DNA of 64,000 nucleotides. Source: a virus. Its lineage: Duplodnaviria > Caudoviricetes. Position 1 is the first letter of the stretch, and the number at the start of each line of letters is the position of its first letter. The notes under the pieces were generated by a model. That model ran no database searches. It saw nothing but the letters and a program-made list of their open reading frames with translations, and was not told the DNA's origin. Made by a program: the position numbers and the translations under genes. The stretch covers positions 2,331 through 66,330 of IMG/VR virus record IMGVR_UViG_3300010338_002626; one strand, written 5' to 3'. This document shows, one piece after another, positions 1 to 11,136 of this stretch.

Positions 1-3000
1 TTAATCTTCCATCATTGGCTAATTTTGCAGCAGCTAAATAAAATCCTCCATTAGAACCGTCTGTATTTAAAGCACCAATATCACCATTATATAATTTTGC
101 AGCACTTGCGGAACGTATAATCCCATAACCAACACCTTCTTCTTGAGCCATAGTGCCCATAACAAGTGCATGTAAAATAGTAGCATCTTTTGCTAATAAT
201 AAATCAGTTGCAACAGATTCAAACTGTTGCATTTCAACCCAATTACCTTCTATGTATGGTATACTATCAAATTCTGGGTTAACGCCTGGTGTATTATTAG
301 GTTTACCAATATTTTCAGCATACATACCACTAGCAGTGGTATTTATATCTAAGTAATAATATCGTAATTCTTTTTTATTATCTACTAAAGTATAAAATGA
401 AACTACATCCCGACGTGCACTAAAATTAAAATAAATTTTTTTATTAGTAGAATTTGTTCCATCTGGGTTTTTTTCAAATAAACTATAAAATCCACGATAA
501 ACAAGACCTGGGCCTGGAACTGGTGGCTCTGGCTTATAATCTTTATAAACCATCATAACTGCACTGCTTGTATAAACAACTCCATTTATACAATAAGTGA
601 CAGCGACAGTAAATGGGAATATACTTCCAGTTGCAAACCATTCATCTAATTGAGTTGAATTATTTTGTAAATAAAAAGAATCCCTATATGTTGTGTTTGC
701 CGTTAAATATGGATCATCTTCTTGTTGTAATCTATTATCATATACAATATCAGTTTCTGGATTTGGAAAAGTACCAGGCGGTATAACTGTAAAACAAAAT
801 TGATTATTATTTTGATTAGTTGGGTTAGAATTAATTGGAATTAAACGTTTCGTACCATGTGTTACAATAACAGTACAATATGTACCTTCTGCTAAATTTG
901 TTGTGTAATTAGTCCCAGTATGTGTACTATTATTAGTTATTTTATCATCTGCATCAATATATACTGTTGAATTTGTTAATATAATATGAACGGGAGAATT
1001 TTCACTTAATTTGGTAACTGATTCTTGATCAAATATTTCTATAGTTTTAGTTTCATCATCTTCATCTTCATCTTGAACTACAATTTTATAAAAATCTTGT
1101 TCAGGTTCACCATTTCCTAAGTACCAATCAGTTGGATAATCTGAAAATCCAGTTTTTCGTGTTAATGTATAATTTTTTACTCCCTTTGATATAGATGGTG
1201 TTATTTGCCAATTAGAATCTAAATTTGTACCATCAAAAATAGTTTCTTTTAAAGTACCATTAAAATAAAATTTAATATTTTTTAGATTATATATGTTCCC
1301 TAAAAATACATTCATTCCAATACTAGTTGGACTTACACCATTTACAGAATATTTTAGGGTATTAGAAGATAAAACTAATTTTATATTTTTTGCGGATCTA
1401 CCAGTTCCTAATTTTACATCATTTATAATAAAATCTTCTGAATCAGTTAAATATCCACTTCGTCCACTAACTTTTGCCCATGCAGTAATTGTTATACTTC
1501 CTGTATTATCATCTCCACCAGAATATGTATCAATATAAAAACTACTATTATCAACTAATATGTTTCCATCCGGTGTAAAATCTTCAATATAGCGTTTTGC
1601 TGTACAATTGATACCCTGACCATTAGTTCCAATATTAAATATGTATTCATCATTATTAAGTGAGCTGAAATTATTAATATCATTAGATGAATTATTTGTC
1701 ATTAAATTAGTGTTAGGTGTAAGTAATGTTCCCCCATAATAAACTCTAACACCACTTTTTAATGAACCCGTTGGACCTAAATACCCATCTGGTACCGTAC
1801 CATCTTTATTTAAACGAATTGTATTAAATTTATTTGTTAATATAACATTTAATCTATCGGTAATTAATCGTTCTATAAATGCAATATCCTCATCAACAAA
1901 AGTACCTTCATTAAATGCTTTGACATATATTATTTCGCTTTTATCAATAAAATTACGTATTGGGACATTATAAATTTGATAATAAGTATTTTCCATATCA
2001 GGGTCTAATACTGGGGCAGATATTCCATTAATAACTTGCATATCTCCCAAAGTATTATTATACCAAGTTGCTGATGGGGATGTAAAATTATGATATAATA
2101 ATTTTAATGGTACTGTTTGATTTGGATCAACGGGTGTAAGATCTTTATTATACAAAAATCCATCTAATTCAGAATCTGGAGAAATAATTAATTCAATCCA
2201 TTTTGGAGCTGGTCCAGGAGGCCCAGGATCTCCTGGATCACCTGGATTCCCCGGCGCACCGTCTTTAATAATATTAATTGGAATTCGTTTTTTTATTATA
2301 AATGGGTTATTAATATTTCCGCTAAATAATTTAACTTCTATATCAAGATATGCCGAATTATTAATATTAGTAATAGAATTAACTTGTACTTTAGAAACAT
2401 ATGTATCTTCTATTACTTCGGATAATATATGTCGTGATAAAGTATAAGTACAATTTTCATTTGCCGTTACAGAAATAGAATATTCATTTATATTAGAGGG
2501 GTTCGAATCATCAGTACGGGGAGTAACATATTCATATTTTAAAATATTATATACATATATTTCTGTATATGCTTTATCAAATGCACCGGTTTTTGGGGTA
2601 CCATCTGAATTATAGGGTATGTTAATAAAATTATTTTGTAAATCAACATAAAATCCATCTTGAACACTATCTAAAGCAGCACATCCAACTGCTTCATAAT
2701 CAGAATAATTTTCTCCGCTAACACTTACTATAACTTTATAATAATTCGAATTTCCATCTTCTAAATATTCTATTTCATCAGTAAATGTATCATTCGGTCC
2801 AGTATAAACAGGGGCTCCCCAACTAGTTGGAATTGTTTGCTGATTCGGTACTTTATACCATTGAAATGTTTTTGTACCTTGAATATTAGTACATATTGCT
2901 TTACAAGTAACCGAAGATGGCGAATATGTACTATTATTTTTTAGAACAAATGGTGGAATAACTTTTAAATCAACAAACGAGACTTTATTTATTTTTGTTA

Positions 3001-3631
3001 TAGTATATATTTTCTCTAAAATTAAATTTGGGTAATTTGGATTTGTTGCGGTAAATTTAAATGTAGCAGAATTTGATATTAAATCGTGAATATTAAGTTG
3101 ATATTGACTACGTTTATCCCCTTGTGGTTCTTGAGAATAATCGACAACAAAGAATAATGCATTCCCATCAGTTTTTTCAACAGTTACTGTCCAATTTTTT
3201 GTATCATCAGCAACACCTTTATATATAAAAAATCCAGTTGTTGCACCATCATAACTTGGAACAGTACCATCTAAATTAGTTTCTAATAAATATGTTTCTA
3301 TTGTTAATATTGCGGTAATTGCATCATCGCCTTTACCAGAAATGTAAAAAGTTTCCCAATCACCTAATGGGCCATTTGCAGGTTTATACCCACTTCCATA
3401 AAATTCAATACGATAACTACCTGCAGATAAATCATTTTTATTAAATAAAAATTCAAAATATCCGCGTTCATTAGTAACACACCTAGCTATATCAGCATCT
3501 TGATTATAGCTATGTAATATTACTAAACACCCTTTATTATATTTACTAGTATTATCTTTTTGGTATTTTGTCCCAAATATTTTTACTTTTTCAACACCAT
3601 TTGAAACAAAATATTGTATATTTGTAACCAT
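1..3631 (-). CDS. Large tail fibre / receptor-binding protein (partial, runs off window start; >1210 aa)
   Basis: Not in the ORF track because it has no stop in the window. Translated by hand from ATG at 3631 (MVTNIQYFVSNGVEK...) open to base 2 (...LANDGRL). Beta-rich T/N/G sequence with repeated L(T/Q)N-x-I-x-x-x-x-DG modules, a collagen stretch, GPGLVYRG and FESVATDLLLAKDA segments; last gene of the baseplate operon. Confidence 0.8.
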   Translation of the reverse strand, partial: MVTNIQYFVSNGVEKVKIFGTKYQKDNTSKYNKGCLVILHSYNQDADIARCVTNERGYFEFLFNKNDLSAGSYRIEFYGSGYKPANGPLGDWETFYISGKGDDAITAILTIETYLLETNLDGTVPSYDGATTGFFIYKGVADDTKNWTVTVEKTDGNALFFVVDYSQEPQGDKRSQYQLNIHDLISNSATFKFTATNPNYPNLILEKIYTITKINKVSFVDLKVIPPFVLKNNSTYSPSSVTCKAICTNIQGTKTFQWYKVPNQQTIPTSWGAPVYTGPNDTFTDEIEYLEDGNSNYYKVIVSVSGENYSDYEAVGCAALDSVQDGFYVDLQNNFINIPYNSDGTPKTGAFDKAYTEIYVYNILKYEYVTPRTDDSNPSNINEYSISVTANENCTYTLSRHILSEVIEDTYVSKVQVNSITNINNSAYLDIEVKLFSGNINNPFIIKKRIPINIIKDGAPGNPGDPGDPGPPGPAPKWIELIISPDSELDGFLYNKDLTPVDPNQTVPLKLLYHNFTSPSATWYNNTLGDMQVINGISAPVLDPDMENTYYQIYNVPIRNFIDKSEIIYVKAFNEGTFVDEDIAFIERLITDRLNVILTNKFNTIRLNKDGTVPDGYLGPTGSLKSGVRVYYGGTLLTPNTNLMTNNSSNDINNFSSLNNDEYIFNIGTNGQGINCTAKRYIEDFTPDGNILVDNSSFYIDTYSGGDDNTGSITITAWAKVSGRSGYLTDSEDFIINDVKLGTGRSAKNIKLVLSSNTLKYSVNGVSPTSIGMNVFLGNIYNLKNIKFYFNGTLKETIFDGTNLDSNWQITPSISKGVKNYTLTRKTGFSDYPTDWYLGNGEPEQDFYKIVVQDEDEDDETKTIEIFDQESVTKLSENSPVHIILTNSTVYIDADDKITNNSTHTGTNYTTNLAEGTYCTVIVTHGTKRLIPINSNPTNQNNNQFCFTVIPPGTFPNPETDIVYDNRLQQEDDPYLTANTTYRDSFYLQNNSTQLDEWFATGSIFPFTVAVTYCINGVVYTSSAVMMVYKDYKPEPPVPGPGLVYRGFYSLFEKNPDGTNSTNKKIYFNFSARRDVVSFYTLVDNKKELRYYYLDINTTASGMYAENIGKPNNTPGVNPEFDSIPYIEGNWVEMQQFESVATDLLLAKDATILHALVMGTMAQEEGVGYGIIRSASAAKLYNGDIGALNTDGSNGGFYLAAAKLANDGRL
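2207..2260 (-). repeat. Collagen-like (Gly-X-Y)6 segment in the tail fibre
   Basis: Translates to GAP GNP GDP GDP GPP GPA; GC-rich island in an AT-rich gene. Confidence 0.9.
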
Positions 3632-3632
3632 A

Positions 3633-6224
3633 TTATACTAAATCCGATTTATTTTTTGGATTATTATTAACTGCTCTGCCGTATACAATTATATTTCCAA
3701 TAAATGTTGAATTATTTACTGCATTTTCAGAAGTGTTATATAAATCTAAAATAATAGATCCATTTTTCCATTTTATATTATAATCTCCAGGGCTTTGAAC
3801 GCCATAATTTGTAGCAGGTACTATAACATAATCAGCACTTAATTCATCCGATTCTTGGTATAAACGTAGATATGTTTGATCATTAATTGAGCTACCTTGT
3901 ATTAATACATCAGTATCAATATCTATATATGTAACTTCATAATCACAAGAAATACTAGAAGAATAAATACATCGGGCTTTTTTAGAGCCAAAACCTATTT
4001 TATATGTATCTCCAGATGATAAACTTGGGGTTGAATCTTGTAAACTTTGTGCGATAACTGTAACATCTGAACTGCCTGGTACATATTCCAATTCCTGTAT
4101 AACAAATTCGTAATTATTTACAACTAATATCATACCCTCAACATTTTTGTCTATCATCGATTTTCTTTCCGTTACAGGATTAGTAATAAAATGTCCAGAA
4201 TCTGCTAACTGCATCCTCCATAATTTATTACCTAATGATTCTGGAGTTGCGCATAATGTACCAGTATAGGTAGAATGATTAACAGAAATTTTAACTATTG
4301 GTACATCTTGTGGTCCTAATCCTTTTGAACCTGAATAGACTTTACAATATTTTGGTTCTGCAACCTGCTGCCCACCAATCCTCGGTCTAACTTTTATATG
4401 ATATTGTCGACTTGAACTAGTTGTTATATCTATAATTCTACTTGTACTTGGAACAATTAATGTTGATTGTGTATTATCACTTCCCCCCAATACAGGGAAT
4501 TTTAACGATTCTTCGTCTATTGTATTATAAATAATTTCAAATTCTTCGGCATCATCCCAACCCTTTATTACAATTTGAAACCCATTTAATGTTGTTTCAG
4601 CACTTACGCCTGCATTTGCAGAAAATATATATGGGTGTTTAATTAAGTATGCATTATCTGAATCTGGAGCTACAGTTTCATTTAAAAAACCACCTGCAAA
4701 TCCGGTATATATCATATTTAGTACATTAGTTTTTTTCAAATAAGTTTGTCCAAATATTTTAAATCTGTACCTCCCCATTGTTCTTAAAGATACAATAGTT
4801 TGACATAAAGTTGGGCCCTCAATATTGTTTACAACAAATTGTTTTGATGAATATATTCGAGGTGTATGATTATCCATAGGTATCGCAGTAATAACGTATG
4901 AATCCGCATTTGAATGAATCCATGCAGGATTATTTTCATTAATAACAACACCAGAGCCGTCCCATAAAGTATTGTCTAAATTACAAACTGTTAAGACTAA
5001 ATCTTGATTTAAAGATTTAGCAGGATGTGAGACAATATATAAATTATATACCGATGGTATCCATAAATACATACCAGCTAATTCGTTTTCAGCAAATTGC
5101 CAATTTTTATTTGTTATAGTAAAAGTACTATTTGAATTTCCATATCCAACGATATCATCCCAATTCCATTTTAATAATACATTTAAATGGTCATTACTTT
5201 TACCCAAAGCTCCATCAGCAGATAAGAGCCCTGAAGTTATCACATCAGTTGTATAAAAAGTCTTGCTGCCAGCAATTTGCCCAATTCTAAAATTTGCTAT
5301 TTTATTGCTAATAGTTATATTTGATAATACGACATTATTGGTAAATTCAACTTCTGAATTAAATATAATTTTATTTTGAATTGGATCGATAGTTTCTATT
5401 AAGCCACTTACAGTATTATAAATATTAGTAGATTGTTTTAAATAAACATATGTCCCATCGTTTTCATCCAATAATGTTGAATCTGAATTAATTAATTTTA
5501 TATTATTAATATTAAATTGTTCCGCTTCTAAACTTCCAGCTATTTTATTTTCTCCTACAGAGTCTCTATCTTTAAATACTAATAATTTATCTGATAGAAC
5601 TTTTTTTGATAATTTAAAACAGAATAGTGGGCGTAAATCTATTACACCGTCTGCTGATTTAATTGAATCTAAAGTCCAAGATGATGAAAGTAAATTTCCA
5701 CTAGAATCGGTTTTTACTATTGCTAAAGGAATTTCATTAATTGAAAAATTATTTATATCTGAAAATGATTGTATTTTTGTATAAACAACTTCAAAACTAT
5801 CATAATAATAAGTATTTTTTAATACTGTCCCGTCATTAGGTACAGTAGATTTGCTAAAATTAAAAGCATTCATTGTAGGAACTGGTAAAGTTCCAACATT
5901 TTTATATTTTAATTTTATAAAATAATAACTATTTGCCTCAGTCTCTAAATCAACTGTGCTTAATTCTTTTTTAATAAATTCTCCATTTGGAAATATACCC
6001 ATTCCAGCATTAATTATAATTGCATTTGGATATTGTATAGTATTTAGTTCAACTTTTAAATCATTTGAAATACTATTATCATTATAAGTATCCACAATAC
6101 TTCCAAATGATTGTGAGATACTACTAATTCTATTAGTAATATTTTTTTCAATTTTATCTTGTAAATTATTAAAAACATTTTCTAATGTTATACTTGAACC
6201 AGACGGTACTTTAATTCTTTCCAT
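3633..6224 (-). CDS. Baseplate / tail-fibre attachment structural protein (863 aa)
   Basis: Position between baseplate wedge genes and the fibre; beta-rich sequence with FN3-like segments (e.g. QYHIKVRPRIG). Confidence 0.5.
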   Translation of the reverse strand: MERIKVPSGSSITLENVFNNLQDKIEKNITNRISSISQSFGSIVDTYNDNSISNDLKVELNTIQYPNAIIINAGMGIFPNGEFIKKELSTVDLETEANSYYFIKLKYKNVGTLPVPTMNAFNFSKSTVPNDGTVLKNTYYYDSFEVVYTKIQSFSDINNFSINEIPLAIVKTDSSGNLLSSSWTLDSIKSADGVIDLRPLFCFKLSKKVLSDKLLVFKDRDSVGENKIAGSLEAEQFNINNIKLINSDSTLLDENDGTYVYLKQSTNIYNTVSGLIETIDPIQNKIIFNSEVEFTNNVVLSNITISNKIANFRIGQIAGSKTFYTTDVITSGLLSADGALGKSNDHLNVLLKWNWDDIVGYGNSNSTFTITNKNWQFAENELAGMYLWIPSVYNLYIVSHPAKSLNQDLVLTVCNLDNTLWDGSGVVINENNPAWIHSNADSYVITAIPMDNHTPRIYSSKQFVVNNIEGPTLCQTIVSLRTMGRYRFKIFGQTYLKKTNVLNMIYTGFAGGFLNETVAPDSDNAYLIKHPYIFSANAGVSAETTLNGFQIVIKGWDDAEEFEIIYNTIDEESLKFPVLGGSDNTQSTLIVPSTSRIIDITTSSSRQYHIKVRPRIGGQQVAEPKYCKVYSGSKGLGPQDVPIVKISVNHSTYTGTLCATPESLGNKLWRMQLADSGHFITNPVTERKSMIDKNVEGMILVVNNYEFVIQELEYVPGSSDVTVIAQSLQDSTPSLSSGDTYKIGFGSKKARCIYSSSISCDYEVTYIDIDTDVLIQGSSINDQTYLRLYQESDELSADYVIVPATNYGVQSPGDYNIKWKNGSIILDLYNTSENAVNNSTFIGNIIVYGRAVNNNPKNKSDLV

Positions 6225-6235
6225 ATTAAAACCCT

Positions 6236-7561
6236 CTATATTTTAATTATATTTAAATTCGGTGGAAAAATATTATCAAAACAAAAATTAACATAATCAT
6301 CATTATGATTTAATTGTTTATATTCTTCTGGGATATTACAAACGACTGTATTAAAGAATTGATATTCATTTATACCACCTGATATATTAACAAAAGAATT
6401 AATTAATCCACTATTTGTAATATAATCATCAATTGTTATTGAATTAGATAGTAAATCATAACGATTAATATTATCATTAATTTGTATATCAAGTATTAAA
6501 TTATTAGGAATAATATATGTATATTCTTTACTTCCACTGATAGTTATATTGTATTTATTATTAACATTTTCTATATTTGTTACTATACCATCTTCATATG
6601 AAAATGGTACATTATAATATAATCCAATTACTTCTTTTAATATTTTTATTGTAGGTCCTTCTAATAATTTTGTCGCTAAAGCGTGGCACCATTTGAATAA
6701 ATGTATCGCTTTAAAGATTTTTTCCTCTAATTTATTATTAGTTTTTATATATGATGGATATAGATTACTTAATATTTTTCTAGGTTGTGGTATATAATTT
6801 GGCAAATAAAAATTAAATATAATCGGAGATATACAAATACCTCTTCCTGTAATATATTTATCTTTTACTAATTTATCTGATTTAATATATAAATATTTTC
6901 CATTTACAATATTATAATCTATATCTTCATATAAAATATTATTATAATAAATTCCAGATAAAGTTGTTAATGAAATATAATAATCACCATCTGGAATTTG
7001 AAAGATATACTTATCTATTGCAGTATTAATTGTTGGTAAGTCAGTACTAATAGCCCAATTATTACCGTCATCTATTAAAGAATTTGTATTAACGTGTTGA
7101 GAATAAATATTATTCCCTACTTGTTTATATACATTATATCCCGTAATACCCGAAACAGATGTCCACGAAATTGTAACGGGTAAAGAATTATAATATATAG
7201 TAACAGGGTTTGAAATATTACTTTCACCAACATTATTAACAGAGGTACACCATACAGTAAATGAAGAGGACCCATTTGTAGAATTATTTAATATTGCCGG
7301 TGGTTGTAAATATGTTTTTTCTAATTTATCTGGGTTTATAATATATGTATTAAAACTTCTTTCAATATATCCTTGGGAATAAATAGGTGAATTAGATAAA
7401 TAATATTGAGCTAAATCATAAAATAATGACTCAGTTGAATTAAATAATGCTCTCCAATAATTATTTATTTTTTCTTTTTCTTCATTATTTAATCTATTAT
7501 AAAAAGAACCTATAGCATCCCAAAGTTTTGTTACATCGAAATCATTATTTGGATTAAACAT
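6236..7561 (-). CDS. Baseplate wedge protein (gp7 / P2 gpI-like position)
   Basis: Directly follows the J-like gene (1-bp overlap); N-terminal LWDAIGSFY segment, an internal FN3-like stretch (VTISWTSVSGITGYNVYK) and GLYYNVPF are typical of myophage wedge proteins. Confidence 0.55.
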   Translation of the reverse strand: MFNPNNDFDVTKLWDAIGSFYNRLNNEEKEKINNYWRALFNSTESLFYDLAQYYLSNSPIYSQGYIERSFNTYIINPDKLEKTYLQPPAILNNSTNGSSSFTVWCTSVNNVGESNISNPVTIYYNSLPVTISWTSVSGITGYNVYKQVGNNIYSQHVNTNSLIDDGNNWAISTDLPTINTAIDKYIFQIPDGDYYISLTTLSGIYYNNILYEDIDYNIVNGKYLYIKSDKLVKDKYITGRGICISPIIFNFYLPNYIPQPRKILSNLYPSYIKTNNKLEEKIFKAIHLFKWCHALATKLLEGPTIKILKEVIGLYYNVPFSYEDGIVTNIENVNNKYNITISGSKEYTYIIPNNLILDIQINDNINRYDLLSNSITIDDYITNSGLINSFVNISGGINEYQFFNTVVCNIPEEYKQLNHNDDYVNFCFDNIFPPNLNIIKI

Positions 7562-10500
7562 TATAACCTCGTTAAATTAATTTCATTTTTATTTGTATAA
7601 AATCTAGAAATATGACTATTAGGAATACGATAAATTTGTTGATCTCCTAATTCTATTATATTTAAATCTGCTGTATGAGAATATTCTCTAATAGTTATAT
7701 CAATATCAGAATTAACATATGTTACACCATTGGAATATAAAATATTAATTAAATCTAATTTATCAAATTTATTTGTTAAATTATTAATATAATTAACAAT
7801 TATATCTTTTAATTTATCTTCATCAATGTTTCCAGAATATTGTAAATCATTTATAGAAATAATTGTCGGTGGCATAATTTTGACCATTTGATCTGAACAA
7901 GGGAATCTATCTTCAGAATTATTAAAAACATTATCCACTAATAATCCAATAGTCCAATATCTATATACTATTTCGACCAATGTACCATTAATATCAATAT
8001 CATTAAAACATATTCTGTATTTCGGTGTTTCGGAATAACTTAATCCTATATTATCATTGAATATTATATATTCATTTCGATCATATGGTAATTTACTAAT
8101 AGCTTCTCTTATTTCTACAATTTCTTGAATAAATGGATTAATATAATCTATATTATATAATCTAATTTCGTTATTTGCAACAGTTGCAGTTGCAGTTGCA
8201 GTTGCTATATTATTTGGGTCATGACAATATATATCAACACAATTTCCTCTATGTGTACCTGTATATTCTTGATTTGTTAATTCTATATAATATGTACGTA
8301 ATGTCCTATAACTAATTGATTCATTATCATTATTTGCAATAGCAGCAATATAAAGATATTTATTATCTACTAAATAATTTTGAGCATTAGAAAATGTTTT
8401 TGATATTTTAATTTGATTTAAATCTGTTATACCATTATTATATAATGTTGTCACAAATCCAATTGTTTCCCACGTTTGTGTATTTGGTACATATATTGCT
8501 AATTTTAAATTACTACTACCTTCTAAATTTGGTTGTGTTGGATCAAAGGCAATACCATAATAATTAATTGTAAATGGTAAATTTGGATCTAAGATTATAT
8601 CCCCCTCAGAGATGTTAAATTTAAACAAATGAGATGGAAATATATCAACAATTGATTTAATTATTATTTTATATATTCTCCATTCACAATTTGATGTTTC
8701 GGATACACCAATACCAAAATGCCCCCTTGTTGCATCGAGTGCATATTTATTAGTTTCAGTATCGATATATTTATATCCCGCAACTGGGACATATGTTGGA
8801 TATGTAACACCTTTATTTAATACTTTATTATTATTCGATCTTTCTTCTCCACTTTTATAAATCCAAGCTTGAACAGATAAATTTTGTCCTATATCAATGT
8901 CAAATATATAATTTTGATTAGGCTCAATCCAACATTTACCTGCTTGTAAAAATTGATTTTTACCAGAAGCTTGATCCCATATTTGATCATAACCAATCCA
9001 AGCTTCTGTTTGTAAAACATCATTATCTACTAAATATATATTTGCTTTCCATATTAATGATTTAGCAGTTTGATTATTTTTAACAATAAAGTTTGGATTA
9101 CTTAAATGGCCTAAACAATTAGTAGCTTCTTCTATAGTTAAGTCATATTCTTCCATTAACCTTGCTAAATCTTGATTTTTTTGATTTTCGTCAGCATAAT
9201 CATTTTTATTTATTCTTAATAAATATTCAGGTTGTTTTCTCCACGCTAATCCAAATCCATCGTGTGGTAAAAATATTTGATCATTTCGTAATATAGTTAT
9301 ATAGCAAATTTTTCCTTCTTCTGTATTATCTGTTGTAGACATTTCAGTATAAATATTAATACCAGTATGCTGACTAATAGCTTTATGCATTATAGGTGAA
9401 CGGTTATTAATAGATGTAAATTTTTTTGTATATATCCAACTATAAACTTGTTGTAATATATTTGAATAATTAGTAATATCTTTACCAGTAGCTAAATTAT
9501 TATTAATTAATTCTAAATAATTATTTATTTCTTTTAGAGGTAAATATGCAAATTCATTAGATGAATTAATATTTACCGATTTACCTAATCGGACATAATT
9601 TGTTTCAATACCGACATCATTAATATTTATTAATGTATTATCAATAATATTAGTTCCATCATGAAAATTCCACATACCAGATGTAACTAAATTACTTAAT
9701 AAATCAATAGTATTATTAGAAAAATTTTGATCGATAATATATCCAAATGTTTGTTCTGCATATAAAGCATCATTTTTTCTATATATACCTTGATAATGTA
9801 AATCATCAAATTCAGTTACCCAAGAATTAATTGGCGGTAATGCAACACCTAAATTAGTTGAAGTATCTACAAAATTATCACCATAAGCAATATGTTTTAC
9901 ATCATATGGACTACTATGCGCTCCAGATTTACATAAATTATAATTTAATATTTTAATATTATTGTAATCAACTGAATTTAATATTAAATCTCTAAGCATA
10001 AATGGGCTATTTGCCCCTATTATTTCTATATCAGATACAGATGGAAATAATGTTTTAATAGTATTTGTTATTACATATGGAGAAGATAATGATTTACCAT
10101 GTGTTTTTAGTTTTAATCTTTCAAAAAATTGTTCGTTTGTTTCTTTTGATGACCCATTAATAAATGGATCCTTGTTAATTATTTTTACAGGGGTATAACT
10201 AGAAAGACTTTTTATTGAAAATGAAGAGTTAGCATTTAAATTGCCTTCATATCCTTCATCTGTAGCAATAACATGAATCGGTCCGGCAAAATATAAGTTG
10301 TTTTCATAATTATTTAATTCCATATCAACTTTTGTTATTGTATAAGGTGTTGCACATTCGAATAATAAATTTCCACTTTGAAACAAAGTGCCTTTAATAA
10401 TATTTACGTATTGTGGTTCATTAAAATATAAATATATCTTACCATATGCCTTAGAACCACTATTTCTAGTTTCTAAATAAAATAATCCTATGTGATCTAG

Positions 10501-10698
10501 TAATTTTTCAGGTAACTCATTGACATTTGTTAACGTCATTATATTTAATATATATTCCTGATTATAATTATATTCTTCTAATATTTTACTAAGTGGTTTT
10601 ATAAAAAAATCATAAAATACACTCCCTGGAGTTGTTTCCAGGGTATTATCGATTTCTTTAATTTTACTTATTATGTAATTTTCAATATTTATAGCCAT
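7561..10698 (-). CDS. Baseplate J-like / gp6 wedge protein with large internal insertion
   Basis: J-family motifs PGSVFYDFFIKP, ETRNSGSKAYG, ATDEGYEGN, GSSKETNEQFFERL, then VDIYC near the C-terminus. Confidence 0.8.
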   Translation of the reverse strand: MAINIENYIISKIKEIDNTLETTPGSVFYDFFIKPLSKILEEYNYNQEYILNIMTLTNVNELPEKLLDHIGLFYLETRNSGSKAYGKIYLYFNEPQYVNIIKGTLFQSGNLLFECATPYTITKVDMELNNYENNLYFAGPIHVIATDEGYEGNLNANSSFSIKSLSSYTPVKIINKDPFINGSSKETNEQFFERLKLKTHGKSLSSPYVITNTIKTLFPSVSDIEIIGANSPFMLRDLILNSVDYNNIKILNYNLCKSGAHSSPYDVKHIAYGDNFVDTSTNLGVALPPINSWVTEFDDLHYQGIYRKNDALYAEQTFGYIIDQNFSNNTIDLLSNLVTSGMWNFHDGTNIIDNTLININDVGIETNYVRLGKSVNINSSNEFAYLPLKEINNYLELINNNLATGKDITNYSNILQQVYSWIYTKKFTSINNRSPIMHKAISQHTGINIYTEMSTTDNTEEGKICYITILRNDQIFLPHDGFGLAWRKQPEYLLRINKNDYADENQKNQDLARLMEEYDLTIEEATNCLGHLSNPNFIVKNNQTAKSLIWKANIYLVDNDVLQTEAWIGYDQIWDQASGKNQFLQAGKCWIEPNQNYIFDIDIGQNLSVQAWIYKSGEERSNNNKVLNKGVTYPTYVPVAGYKYIDTETNKYALDATRGHFGIGVSETSNCEWRIYKIIIKSIVDIFPSHLFKFNISEGDIILDPNLPFTINYYGIAFDPTQPNLEGSSNLKLAIYVPNTQTWETIGFVTTLYNNGITDLNQIKISKTFSNAQNYLVDNKYLYIAAIANNDNESISYRTLRTYYIELTNQEYTGTHRGNCVDIYCHDPNNIATATATATVANNEIRLYNIDYINPFIQEIVEIREAISKLPYDRNEYIIFNDNIGLSYSETPKYRICFNDIDINGTLVEIVYRYWTIGLLVDNVFNNSEDRFPCSDQMVKIMPPTIISINDLQYSGNIDEDKLKDIIVNYINNLTNKFDKLDLINILYSNGVTYVNSDIDITIREYSHTADLNIIELGDQQIYRIPNSHISRFYTNKNEINLTRL

Positions 10699-10709
10699 AA
10701 AATTTATCC

Positions 10710-11132
10710 CTATATTGATATATTAATATTTGAACTTTTCGTATTAATATTTAATTTTATTAACCAAATATTGAATACTTGGTCGTAATCTATAGATTCA
10801 ATTTCTATTGATTCTAATAATTCATTATTAGGTATCTCTATACCATTAATTATTTGTTGTGCTTGTTCTTTCTTAATCTGTTCTGTTATGTCATCTATAA
10901 TTAATGGTATAAATTGTTTTATTCTATCAATTAAATTTTTATCTACTATTAAATGAATTTGATTAAATTGTGAACCATAATTTTCAATAAAAATATTAGA
11001 ATGTTTACTTGTTAATAAACATTTAACAATTTTTTGCACTAAATTTTCTGTACCTTGAACAGTTGATATTTCTTTTAAATTTATTGATATTGAATTATCA
11101 GAATTTAAAGTTAATAATTTTATATCTCTCAT
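10710..11132 (-). CDS. Baseplate wedge subunit, gp25 / GPW-like
   Basis: VQGTENLVQKIVKCLLTSKHSNIFIENYGS matches the gp25-like pattern; immediately upstream of the J-like gene. Confidence 0.7.
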   Translation of the reverse strand: MRDIKLLTLNSDNSISINLKEISTVQGTENLVQKIVKCLLTSKHSNIFIENYGSQFNQIHLIVDKNLIDRIKQFIPLIIDDITEQIKKEQAQQIINGIEIPNNELLESIEIESIDYDQVFNIWLIKLNINTKSSNINISI

Positions 11133-11136
11133 AGTT

